A DNA stretch of 62,499 nt, counting the filler, from Dugesia japonica (lineage: Eukaryota): NCBI GenBank assembly GCA_001938525.1. It is 5 parts of 5 records of this genome, joined end to end, with 100 filler letters (N's around TTAATTAATTAA, not from the genome) between each part and the next. Parts side by side here need not be neighbours in the genome. Positions count along the whole stretch, not along the records: positions 42,148 to 62,499 come from MQRL01630449.1; 4 more parts are not named here. One strand, written 5' to 3'. Position numbers and translations under genes: made by a program. Shown in pieces: positions 50,513-62,499 of this stretch (positions within the stretch are counted from its first letter, which is position 1; each line of letters starts with the position of its first letter). The notes beneath the pieces were generated by a model. The model made no database searches. It had not been told where the DNA came from and was given only the letters and a program-made list of their open reading frames with translations.

Positions 50513-50973
50513 ATGTTGTTTTCAAATAAAAATTATAAAGGCTATACAACTGAAAATTTGAATAGTCTTTAATTTAGTTATNAACCAAAATAATGTGTAT
50601 TAAAGTATTCCGATTTTATATATTTATATTTTATATTTCNAAATGGAAAATGTAGAATAATGGGTTGTAAAAAACCATTAGAAAACAAAGAACTTCCATT
50701 CAATATGTTACTACTACTATTGTCAAAGAAATACAATCGGTGACGGTGACCGCTTCCTTACAGTTGTCAATAAATTTACAGAAATTGGCTGAAACATCAA
50801 ATTTCCGGTTCATATAACCGGAAATATGTCCAGGTCTTCGATTAATACTATTCGATCCTTTATGTGTTAATGTTTTTCATTCTGGTAAAGTAGTAATAAC
50901 CGGTTTAAAAACTTTAGATTTTTATGACGATGTAAATATTATTAAAAGTTATGTATTAGATTTAAAAAATTAA
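50513..50973 (+). pseudogene. Second element-borne TBP-like gene, decayed (missing from the ORF track)
   Basis: MLFSNKNYKGY...FIFxNGKCRIMGCKKPLE.../..EIQSVTVTASLQLSINLQKLAETSNFRFI*PEICPGLRLILFDPLCVNVFHSGKVVITGLK..LDLKN*. Collinear with 25348-25791 (NYKG, IMGCK.PL, QS.T, INL.KLA, PE, DP.CVNVF). Three stops and one frameshift. TATAAATA at 50475-50482. Confidence 0.88.
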
Positions 50974-52069
50974 ATGTATTAACCTTTTTTGTTATGTCTT
51001 GTTTTATAATTTATAGAATTTATATGTAAATAATTAAGTCATGTAATACATATAAATGCTATATGCAAGTCATATCCAATGTAGATGCAATTTATAGATC
51101 AATATTATTGATTAGGCAAACTTAATATAATTAATTTATAATTTTACAATAATGATGCAAATGGAAGATTTTGAAAATAAAATGGTGGCAGAGGAAAGAG
51201 AAAATATCTTAAAATTATCCAACCAACATCAGCAATAACAACATGATCGAGGAACACAAACAGCCACTGAGTATCCATTCCACCTCAACTCAATTCTCGC
51301 CAATAATATGGATAAATATCTATTTAATAAATAAATAAATATTTAATTTCGGAAAAAATTATTTATGTGATTCCAGAACATAAATACAATCGAAAGAAAT
51401 TCGAGAGATTAAGCAAATGGGAAATATTAGAATACAGATATTTATTAGAAAAGGATATTGAAAGAGGAATTCGTGCTTTAAATCAAGTATGAAAAATAAT
51501 GATAAAAAAATTTTAATATTATTATTTTTACAGGTTCAATTGTTAGAAATGTTGTTACAATTAAGAAAAAACGTTGAGAACCTTAATTTCCATATCGAAT
51601 GGGTACCACATCAAACGTATAAAAAATAGTCGAAGAGTTGGTCATCGTGCTCAAACTTAGAATGCCGACCACACTAATCAGTACAATAGAAAATATGCTG
51701 AAGAAATGTAATGGAGAAAAACCGTACGATCCGCGGGAAACAGTTCAACATAAAAAAATATTTAATCTTCAAATAGTATCGAATGCATTACAATCGGTGA
51801 AAGGATGCGATTTACATCGATATTGAGAAATTGGAAATTTAAATAATAATATTAATAATAATAAACAACTTTAATATTATTTTAGTTTGCCGTTTCAATT
51901 CTCTAACAATTGAAGACTATAGTGAATATCAACAATCACGTTTTTTAATATAAATAAATATTGAAAAATATTTTATTATCTTTTGAAAATTATAATAATT
52001 AAGTTTATTAAAAATAGTTTAATAAAAAATTTTTTTTAAAATAATACAAATTTAAGTGAGTTATCAAAC

Positions 52070-53100
52070 ACCATGTTAAAATAATATTCAAAAAAAATTA
52101 TCAAAATTAAAAAAAAATGTCATATTTCAGAAAATTTTATTTAGATTTCTACTAAATAAAACATTTATAGCCCATTACAAAAATGAGTTTTCAAAAAAGT
52201 ATATTAAAAGTCACTTAAAAAGATGGGAGGACAAACAGATAGGAACTTTGGAACGTTATATCGTCACTATTATTCAAAGGAAAATTTTTAAAAAATATCA
52301 TTAAACTTTACATATTTTTCTTAATTTTTTTAGATTTTAAAGTTTTCAAAAATCTAAAAAAAAATTTTATTTTTTCAGAAAAAATTCAAAAAAATTATCA
52401 AAAATAATTTTACATTTCAAATTTTTTTTATATTTCTACTAAGAAAAATATCTATATCCCATTACAAAAATAAGTTTTCAAAAAAGTATAGTAAAAGTCA
52501 CTTAAAAATATGGGAGGAGTCGAGGACAGAAACTTTGGAACGTTAAATCCTCACTATTATTCAAAATAAAATTTTTTTAAAAATATTCTAACACTCAACA
52601 TATTTTTCTAAATTTTTTCATATTTTAAAAAATCTAAAAAAAATTAATTTTTTCGGAAAAATTTCAAAAAAAATATTTAAAATTTTTTAATTGTTATAAC
52701 AATCAATGGTATTTGTGTGAACACTTGTCGTACAGACAAGTAAATAAATATCCTAACATTAAATCTCATAGTTGTCGAGAAAAATCAATAAACCGTAACT
52801 TTTAACGTTGCCATGGAAAGCGAACTATTTTTTATATTCACGCCGAGAAAAAAATCTATATCCCACTACAAAAATAATTTTTCAAAAAAGTTTAGTAGAA
52901 GTCACTCAAAACTATAGGAGGAGTCGAGGAAAGCAGCTTTAGAACCTTATACCGTCACCACTATTCACACTAAAAAAAATTTTAGAAATAACATTAAACT
53001 CTACATATTTTTTCATATTTTAAAATTTTCAAAAATCCAAAAAAACTATTTTATTTTTTCAGAAAAAATTCAAAAAAAAATATAAAAAATTTCTTGGTTG
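52070..53100 (+). repeat. Three diverged tandem copies of a 290-400 bp unit inside the 6.7-kb element
   Basis: ccca(t/c)tacaaaaat...ttttcaaaaaagt...aagtcact...ggagga recurs at about 52171, 52458 and 52862. Confidence 0.85.
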
Positions 53101-54813
53101 TCATGGCAACAGTTTCTATAGATACGGCTATCTCAGATTCACGTTACGCAATAAGTTTCCGCGCACCAGTGACCTTAGTTATCGCGCAAAATCAATAAAA
53201 TCATTTTCGCGCCCCATCATTTTCGGTTCGCATGACAACGGTTGTGATAACGGTTCTGACAACGTTTTCATGATAACGCTTTTCATTTTTAAGTTATCGC
53301 GAGCCCCTCTAAAAACATCTTGTCCTCGATTCCTCCCTTCCTACTACTGTAGTTGATTTTTACGTAACATAGAAACTAAAAATTATTCATGTTTTATCAC
53401 ATTGTGTAATAGGTCACATGTTGTGTGTATGATTATGTAATATTGATAATTTTATTTAACACTAAGATTCATCTGGTAAACAACTTAATTTACTTAGATT
53501 AACAACTTATGCTGTCATTACCCTCAATACAATCGATATATTTGTATTGTTCAATACAGTTAACATACACTTGATTATTTAAATCAACGCAACAGTATTT
53601 ATCTGATTATTATGAAATACATGAAAATTCATAATAATTCAATAGAAGTATATTAGAATTCATAAAGTTTTACTAGATGTTGAAATAATTTCTCAAATAT
53701 TTACAAGAAAACCTACTAGAAGTATATAAAATTTCTTGAAAATTTACTTGAAGTTGATAAAGTTTTCAAAATCCTATGTAAAATAATGGGAAAATAATTC
53801 AAATATTTACTAGAAGTACATATAAATTAACAAAAAATTACTAGAAGTATATAAAAATTATCAATAAATTACGAAAAGTATATGAACAATAAATATAAGT
53901 ATACACTTAGTCTACATAATTCATTCAATCATTACATAAAAATATGTTATCTCAATACACTATTTTCATTATATATACATAATCCACTTAGTCTATTCAA
54001 TACATTTCATTAGCCAACATAATACTAAATACAGTGAATCAACTCACTCAAAACATTTAATTTCATTTACAACAGAAAATATGATAAACAATATACGCAA
54101 TATTAAACCCAATGATTCAAATACATACCATTTGAACCAATTATAATAAAAAATTCGAACAAGGCACACAAAAAGTACGAGCAAAAGTTATGTAATCGCA
54201 CATAAATTTTGTTCGTTGCCTATTTACATTACAAAAATCATTACATTACATTACAGCACACAAATGTGTGCCGCCGACTTTTTACATTGGATCATAGATC
54301 ACGTTTTACACATAAAGGGGGAGAGGGTGATCCAGTGCCTTCATATTCTACCACTGATGCCATAGGAGCAGTTCTATCGCAAATAGATGAAAGAGGTTTA
54401 CAACAAGTCATTGCAAATGGGTCACAAGCAATGTCAGCTCATGAAAAAGGATATTGTATAACAAGAAAGGAATTATTGTCTATCATTATTATCTACATCT
54501 TTCTTCATAATTTTCTATAATTCATTTGGCAATTAATAATTATTTGCTTCTTGGTTTTTATTTATTTGTTGATATTATTACAACAATGGTGAAATATCGC
54601 AACTATTTGCATTTTCCCGAACTTCTTATTTTTTTTATCCATTTATTATAAATTATGTACTTCTCCCAGTCACTTGAACAATAATTTCTCTTTTTCATCA
54701 AGTTTTGGTAAAATAGCGTTTTTATAGGTTCTTGTTGTTATGTGAAGAATGTTAATTTTCCACTATGAAAATAAAAGTGAAGAAAAAATTATTTAAAGAA
54801 AATGGTTGTTAAT

Positions 54814-55105
54814 TTAACTCCAAATCATTACAATGTACATCCTTGACGTTTTAAAGCATAAACGACATCCATAGTAGTAACAGTTTTTCTTTTGGCATGC
54901 TCTGTATAAGATACAGCATCTGATAACATTTTCAAGAAAAACCTCTAAGACACTTCGTTTTTCTTCATAGATGAGTCCTGAAATTCACTTAAAACCTACT
55001 CTTCTTGCTAGTCTTCTAATTGCAGGTTTTTCCTTGAATGTTATCTCTTAAAACTTTTCTATGACGCTTGGCTCCGCCTTTGCCTAATGCTTTACCTCAT
55101 TTTCC
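54814..55105 (-). pseudogene. H4: Histone H4 pseudogene
   Basis: LGKGGAKRHRKVLRDNIQG..KPAIRRLARR.G...[45 protein letters not shown], with stops and frameshifts. The N-terminus is lost in an (AAT)n tract. Confidence 0.95.
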
Positions 55106-55500
55106 ATTATTAATTATTATTATTATAAATTATTATGATTATTATTATAACTATTATTATTTTTATTATAATGATTATTAATTATTATTATTTATTATCA
55201 TTATTATTATTTAGTTTTATTATTTCCATTATTACTATTTTTATTATTTATTGTTATTATAAATTATTATGCTTTATTAGTATTATCTATTATTATGATT
55301 ATTATTATTTATTATTGTTATAACTATAATTATTTTCATTATTATTNNNNNNNNNNNNNNNNNNNNNNNNNNNNNNNNNNNNNNNNNNNNNNNNNNNNNN
55401 NNNNNNNNNNNNNNNNNNNNNNNNNNNNNNNNNNNNNNNNNNNNNNNNNNNNNNNNNNNNNNNNNNNNNNNNNNNNNNNNNNNNNNNNNNNNNNNNNNNN

Positions 55501-55565
<65 letters not shown>

Positions 55566-55879
55566 CATTAAGTACTTGTCTTTTCTATATAATTTTTTAT
55601 CTATAATGTTTGACGATTTTAGGTTTACACATTCTTACTCACCGTAACATTCTCTATCGAATAGATACTTTAATTCATTTAAAATTAATTTTTTTTGATT
55701 GAAGCTTTTATTTTAAATGAATTTTTATAAACGATCAATGGTTACATCCAACAATTATTTTCGCAATAATTGCAATTGCAAAAAAGATATTTTAATGTTT
55801 AAATTTGAATTAGTTTTTTATTTTTCGGAAAAATTAAATTTATCCGGGAGGGCAGCTATATATCTTTGTTGGAAGCATT

Positions 55880-56625
55880 TTTCCCGAGACGATATTTTAA
55901 CTTTGCATAGTCACTTTTCTTCTTGAGTAAAATAATAGCAAATTTGAGTCGAAGGCAGTTCTATACACACAGAGGTCTGAGCGCTAAAATCTGAGTTTTG
56001 AGATTTTTTCACCACAAAACCTCATTTATTTTAATGAGTATTAACTTTGGCGATTTTAGGTTAACATATTTGGAATTAGCGAAAAAGTCTCTATCGAATA
56101 GAGACTCTCTTGACCTATTTTGAGAAGAAAAAAGTTTTTCGAATAATTCTGTGCAATATACTTGGAAAATCAAAAATGATCGCCGTAAGTCGAAATATGT
56201 AAAATTATCTATATATTATTTTTGTAAATTTTGGATGCTTCAGATTCCTATAAAACATTGATTTAAAAAATTTTAAATGTTCACCTGAATTCCTATAAAA
56301 ATATTTTCCCAACTAAATAGCTTGAAAAAATATTGCTGCTTAAAAAGCCTGAAAAAGTTTTACCAACTAAAAAGCCTCAAATTTGAAAATAATTCGGCAA
56401 ACTTTTCAAAATACGAGCAAAATTTATGTAATGCACAAAAATTTAATTGTCAGAGCCTATTAAAAAATACGAGTAAAGGTTATGTAATACACACAAATTT
56501 ACTTGTCGCCTAAATTCTATACCACTATGTAATAATTACGTAATACACACAAATGTGCGTCGCCGCCTATTTACATTGGAAAAATTATGTAATCATTTTT
56601 TACAAAAGGCTACTATCTATCTACT
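55880..56625. mobile_element. Right-end fragment of a Maverick-type element
   Basis: Ends ctactatctatctact at 56625. Subterminal cacaaatgtgcgtcgccg / gcctatttacatt shared with the TIR of 47657-54355. 55915-56105 recurs inverted at 62315-62499. Confidence 0.75.
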
Positions 56626-57213
56626 AACATTATCTACAAAGAATGAACAGTATTGTTTTACAAGAATGTCTTTCAGTATAGCCACAGCATAGGGAATGTT
56701 TTTAAAATTAATGATCAAATTTTTAGGCTTATATGGATTATATATTTATATTTTCAGAAAGGTTAGAACAGCACTATATAAAATTGGACCAAATATATAG
56801 CATTCAAGGTAAATAGGAAACCTTTAAAGATTCCAATTATCAGCGTTATAAACAGGTGATCATTATAAAATAATTCTATGAAAAGTAATATAATACTATT
56901 GTTTTTATTCATATCCACTATCGTTTAGTATGTTCTTAAATGACTTGTTTTTCCTTTAAGTTTGTTTCTTTTACTACATAACTTTCCTCAAATTATTCTT
57001 CGCTAAAAAACAATAATTTGTGAAAATTGATATTTCCGTGCTATTTTATATTTTTACACACTAATAAAATATTGTATTTATCAGATTTAGTACTTATTCT
57101 AGCAAACTTGGTAAATAAACGCCTTTAAATAATATTCAAGTGAAATTAAATGTTTATTCATGAATATTTTAAATACTCTTCATTATAATATAGGAGTTAC
57201 CAAACATCTAAAC

Positions 57214-58173
57214 CAGTGTTTCTCAAAGTGGTCTGTATGGACACCCTAGGGTCCGTGGAACGATTCCGGGGGTCCGAAGAAAAATTTGTCAGAGAAAGGG
57301 GTTCGTGACTAATAAATAACGTTTTTGTATTCTTGGTACATTTTATAATTAGTCAATTCCGTTTAGCAGATTTAATTACTTATACTTATATAGTAGTCTC
57401 TTTTATGTGCCTTGTTTTTAGAATGATTAAACCTTCTGGCACGACTTAAAAANTTAATTATTTATTTTTAGTTTATATCTTTTTCAGTTTTTAACATATG
57501 AAGTTCATAACTTCTAAAAAGTAATGGTAATAATTTATGATTGTATAAGAAAAATCTTCAATCTTTAGTCTCCTTAATAGTCCTTCAAGTCTGTTATTTG
57601 CTTTTATATTCATGTGTTTATACATCAAAAAGATCAAAAAAAATTACTATAAATTGATTGAAGAAAAGAAAAAGTTCAAAATTTAAAAAAATTGAAAAAA
57701 AGACAATTTCAAAGTACAAAATATAAGATTTTTCTTAATTAATGTCGTTGTTATTACAAAATTTTTATTTTCCGTGCTTTTTTTTTACCTTGAAAACAAT
57801 AAAAAAATCAATATTTTTTAAGATACAAAACAACAACAGCAAAAATGATAAACAAAAGTAGGTTATTATTGTTATAAATAAATTTTTATGTTTTTGATAT
57901 AAAATTCATAACATAATGCACTTATTAAAAAGAAAATGGCAAAGTAATTTAAATGGTGTTTATTAGATTCTTTTTGTTTTTGATAGTAATTTTTTTTAAT
58001 ATATTTTCAAAAACAAAAAATTTAGCTTAATTTTTTAGCCCCAAAAATATATATTAAATATGTATTAAATGCGTATCTTTGGTTGATAAAAGTTACAAAT
58101 ATAATAGTGGGTCCATGAAAGTTTCAAATCTTCAAAAAGGGGTCCATGGTCCAAAAAAGTTTGAGAAACACTG
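57214..58173. mobile_element. hAT (Buster/Charlie-type) MITE in plexin intron 1
   Basis: Perfect 8-bp TSD ATCTAAAC with central TA. TIR CAGTGTTTCTCAAA / TTTGAGAAACACTG. ggtcc subterminal motifs. Confidence 0.95.
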
Positions 58174-58332
58174 ATCTAAACATTGCCGGAGACTCAGTAA
58201 AAATATGTATGAAAGTGATCAAAAAATGATGAATATTTTTGTGAATGTTTTACAAATTTTCAAAGTAATATAATATTATGTCGTATAGTAGTAATTAAAA
58301 TATTATAAATTATATATAAATGAAAATGTTAC

Positions 58333-59220
58333 TCGAGCATCACTATTTTCACAATATAAACCGATATCGATAAATGACGAAAAATCTTCATCCCTTGCAC
58401 AAATTCGAACAAGCCTTGTTTGAAATTTACCATCCTTAGGATCAATTTTATTTTCAGGCTGATTAACCAAAAAGTATATATAGTCTAATGCAGTTACACC
58501 GATTCTGTTATCACGAAAATGAAAGGATCCTTTAAATTCCAAAGGATATATGGTATTCGAACCGGATCCTAACTTAGCAAAATAAGGGTGAAACGTGTCC
58601 GAATCCGAATTTATTAATTTCATATTAGGTAATGTTCGAATAGAAATAGTATTAAAATCAATAAACTGAAAATTTAAGTGGGTATTAATTTCAATTGCAA
58701 CGAAAAGTTTGTTTTGAAAATGCAAAATAGTAGAATGAGATTCGAGATCATGATTGACAATTGAATAACCTTTACCCTTAGGTTTTGAAGAAAATTGAGA
58801 ATTTAAATCTATGGTTTCACAATAACCTTGATACGCATTGTAACAAACGATTAAATCAGAATTTGCTATGATCCATGATTTCACAAAAACATCCGTTGGT
58901 TTCTTTATACATTTCTCTTGAGAATTAGATGCTGGAAGACAATTTGTTATGGAGCATGTATTTGGATCCGTACATAATACAGAATCATTTACTGGACCAA
59001 TTTTTCGAATTGCTAAAGGTTCACTTAAATTTTGTGTGGAAAATTTCAAAATAAAATTTTTTCCCGAAACAATAATATACTGATCTGATTTATCACTATA
59101 ATACAATATTTTGTTGAAATTTACATATTTATATTCAAATATCTTTAAATGTGACTGATATATTTCGGAAATAATCATATTAATTACAATTAAAATGACG
59201 AAACTTTCTATTTTAATCAT
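58333..59220 (-). CDS. Plexin first coding exon (signal peptide and N-terminal Sema domain)
   Basis: Hydrophobic N-terminus, GPVNDSVLC, LIVC...QGYCE, ISIRTL, YIYFL..Q and FQTRLVRICARDEDFSSFIDIGLYC (cf. plexin TSKIVRLCxxDxxFxSYVxLPxxC). GT donor after DAR splices in phase to 44636. Confidence 0.9.
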
Positions 59221-62026
59221 AGAAACGAACAATTATTCTAAAAAGAAACATAAATCAAATAAATTCTTTTATAATAATTTTAAAATGTCGAAACGGTAAT
59301 TAAACTGTATAAGAACTTTAAACTAAATACAATTACAATTAATACCATAATTGCAATTATTAAATAAATAAAAAAATGCTTTCGTATCATTAAAAAAACA
59401 ATAAAGAAAATTCATTAAGATTTAATCAATGCCTGTAAGTACAAATAGTACTTGAAAAAACAATCATTTAAATAATATATTTCCACAAACCTGATTGTCA
59501 TTATTTTTAGCATAATCATATTTTTTAATTGTCTTGAATTTACAGACAGAGTGATTAGATTTCTTATAAAAGTTGACATTAAAATAAGTAATTCAAAATA
59601 AAAAGTTTCAATTCAGAAATATTCCAAATTAAATTAGATTAGATAGTATTTTTTTGTTTAATCATCATGAGAATATTGATTGTGCATAAAACACAAGTGA
59701 AGTTTATTAATCATTGACAGTGGTGACTAGTATTTAATTAACGGCTTCATATAATTTTGTATGCAAAATTTATTAAACCATCATTCGCTACAAGAACAAT
59801 CGATTTGATAGTGAGAAATAAAATTTACAGCAGTAAATTTATAGATAATTCTATTCATAAATAAATTGCTGACTCAAAATAAATTTTACTAAAATTACAC
59901 AATAAAATTTAATAATTTCAAATATCAAATTAATTTTAACGCTAACTTATAAAAAGATTAATTACTAGATTTATCAATAAGTAAATTTATAAAATTGTGA
60001 ATAAAATAGGGCATAATTAAAATAAAATCTAATTTATTAAATATGCACTATATTTTAAGGAAATAATTTATCAGGTAATTATACATTTTTATCGGCCATT
60101 AGACAATAATAAGATTACTATTAGTTAGAGTAATAATAATAAAATTGATAATAATATTAATAATAGTAATAGACCTAATTAAAAAAATTAATATAATTGA
60201 TAACAATAATGAGAACGACATCGTTACACTAGCAAAAATTTTTTAAATTTGGCACTAATTATTTTTTTATTTGGAAATACCACTTAGATTCAGAGGAGTT
60301 ATTTTTTAACTTTATATTTAAGATTTAATTTAACAGCAATTAAAGATAAATATCCAAATTAAAATTATTAAATACAATTTGAATTACTAATATCTTTTAT
60401 AAAATNNNNNNNNNNNNNNNNNNNAACTTACAAGTACATGTGAAATTTAATTATTAACTAAATATAGTTTAAAATATAAAATTTCTACTATAATTGAAAT
60501 TATCATTTTACAAACGATTTTTGAATCATTGAATTGCAAACTTTTATGTTAATAGCAGATTTAAACAAAATGACTTCAAAATTAACTACCTATTTTCATT
60601 AATGAAATTTGAAATTATTTAGAAATTTCTTTTGGGAACTTATTGATTTAGTCAATAATAAATGATTATTAACTAACTTAATAATAATAATAATAATTTG
60701 GACTATTTTAGATTTTTAATGTGACTAGTGAAATGTTTATAATTGACTAAATAAATAAATAAATTGAGTAAAAATTAATATATAAAATTCAGTTATAAAA
60801 TATTTCGTGTTTCATATTTTAATAGGATTTAACAATCAATTAGATTAATTTATTGTTACTTAATTTTGTTAGGTATCGTGGGTAAGAACTATATATTTCT
60901 GAAAATGCTGTCGCCATATAAATTAAAATGCATGTAGGTAATTTTAAATGTTAATAATAATTATAATAAATAACTAAGATAGCCAGTTTATATTTTTGAA
61001 AAATTTTTATTTATAATAACTTTCACAAATTGTATTGATGATAAAAATTAGTGAATAATAAGAGCTGCAAGATGTTTGGTAATAGCGTATATAAAGCTCC
61101 ATATAAATATTAAATCGATAGATTTTAAACCCGGAATTACAATACGGTCCTAATANAAATGAGTGGTGGGACTGAAAGTTTCCTCACAAAACTTTAAATT
61201 CAAGAGTTAATTTTGGCACAGAATTTAATTAGCACTTTCAACAGATAATAATTCAATCCAAAAGAATTATATTAATTATCTAAATCCATTTTTTTATAAA
61301 AAATATAATGGTAAGAATAATTTTAACTGATTTTCAATACCACTAATATTTGTAATAAAAAAATCAAATAAAATTAACTTTTTAAAATGCCAAGCTTAAC
61401 TCAGATTTAAATCATTTAGCTTTTACTACTAGTAAAATTTTTTGTAGATAAAAATTGTGTCTGAGTTAACTGATTTTTACATCAATATTTATAAAATTTA
61501 GGAAAAATCTGTTGGGCATTCTACATAATAAAAATTATAGCATAAAATTTACTTCTAACAAATCATAATCATATTTTAAAACTAGAATTAGAGTATCAAG
61601 GTTTCTAATATTTTTATCTAAATAATTTTTAATAATTAATTCTGAATTATTAATTTTTCTAAACTTAGTAGATGGATAGGTACAAACTGGGCTACCTGTC
61701 AGCGAAATGTATTCTATTATAAATTCTTTGCACACAGAAAAATATGGCAATTAACATATTACATAATCACATTCATTGAATTCAACATTTACATAGAGCA
61801 ACACATATCTGCTACATTACATATTAATGTTATTACTAATATTATTATTGTTATTATTGTGAATAAATCTAAAGAGTCATTTAAATTTTATAAAAACAAC
61901 AGTAAGTATTTCTTTACTTAAATATATATATACATATACATAATTAACAAATAAAAAATTACAAATATATAACATTTATTTCAGCATGTAAATAAAAAAT
62001 CACAATACATTGAGAAATAATCATAG

Positions 62027-62080
62027 TTTCTTCTTCTTCTTCTTCTTCTTCTTCTTCTTCTTTTCTTCTTCTTCTTCTTG
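62027..62080. repeat. (TTC)n microsatellite
   Basis: Direct reading. Confidence 0.95.
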
Positions 62081-62084
62081 TTTA

Positions 62085-62499
62085 CCNAGTTTTTTAAATT
62101 TTCAAATGTTTGGATGATTTAATAAGGAAATTCTTCGAGAATGTTAATTTTGTGGATGATTTTAGGCAAATATATTCTCGGGTTGGTCTGTTTGCTTGAA
62201 GCTTTTGAAAGAAATTCGTGGGAAATAGACGAATTTGTTTAAATAATTCAAATAGTTAAAAATTTTTATGGGAATCCAGGTAAACATCTTCTCAAAATAG
62301 GATAAAAAACTATCTATTCGATAGAGAATCTTTTGCTGATTCCAAATATATTAACCTAAAATCGCCAAAATAATACTTGATTAAATAAATGAAGTATTGT
62401 GGTTAAAAATTTCAAAATTCAGAGTGTAGTGCTCAGATCTTTGTGCGCAGATAACAGCTATCGACTCAAATTTGGTGTTATTTTACTCAGGAGGAAAAA
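62085..62499. mobile_element. Subterminal fragment of the Maverick-type family, inverted relative to 55880-56625; continues beyond the window
   Basis: 62315-62499 is the reverse complement of 55915-56105. ttatgggaatc motifs as in the core of 15497-18913. Confidence 0.65.

Larger units (their letters stand above)
47657..54355. mobile_element. 6.7-kb non-autonomous Maverick-type element carrying a TBP-like pseudogene and orphan ORFs
   Basis: Perfect 6-bp TSD GATGCC (47651-47656, 54356-54361). AGT...ACT termini. TIRs of about 210 bp (47657-47870 versus 54150-54355). No ATPase, integrase, polymerase or capsid remnant recognised inside. Confidence 0.9.
45890..54485 (+). mobile_element. Gypsy pol fragment split into three pieces (45890-46731, 47336-47656, 54356-54485) by two Maverick-type insertions
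   Basis: RT motifs IDLGNAYYQV, RMPFS and VYTDDIL. Removing each insert plus one TSD copy restores EVKFLRH|IIDNNGVRTDP and FVLDTDASFDA|IGAVLSQ...RKELL. Confidence 0.92.

Noticed and set aside
55915-62499. Inverted repeat pair (55915-56105 and 62315-62499) bracketing plexin exon 1, suggesting capture of the exon
   Set aside because: The terminus at 56625 ends the left element before the exon, and the right copy runs away from it. They are two separate insertions, not the two TIRs of one element.

Overview
This is very AT-rich, gap-riddled genomic DNA from an animal. It is not prokaryotic: it has GT-AG introns as short as 42-49 bp, plus plexin and synaptophysin exons. The species cannot be named from the sequence. 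Host genes are the 5' exons of a plexin (minus strand, 59220 down to at least 42335), the 3' exons of a synaptophysin-like gene (plus strand, 34616-40311) and a histone H4 pseudogene. Most of the rest is decayed transposons: hAT, Mutator/FLYWCH, piggyBac, mariner, Merlin-like, Gypsy, and Penelope-like repeats carrying minimal hammerhead ribozyme motifs. The dominant and most interesting component is a Maverick/Polinton-type family. About 11 termini of the form AGTAG(G/A)TAGATA...TATCTA(C/T)CTACT are visible, and three elements have both ends with 6-bp target-site duplications (one perfect, two imperfect). Remnants of a packaging ATPase, a 'QGGxFL' core protein, an integrase N-terminus and a major capsid protein are also present. 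Two separate elements of this type each carry a compact, intronless TATA-binding-protein (TBP)-like gene, at 25348-25791 (intact, head-to-head with the ATPase) and 50513-50973 (decayed), among small orphan genes, some spliced. The best candidate for an undescribed system is therefore a Maverick lineage that carries its own TBP. All family assignments come from motif recognition by eye; no database searches were run.
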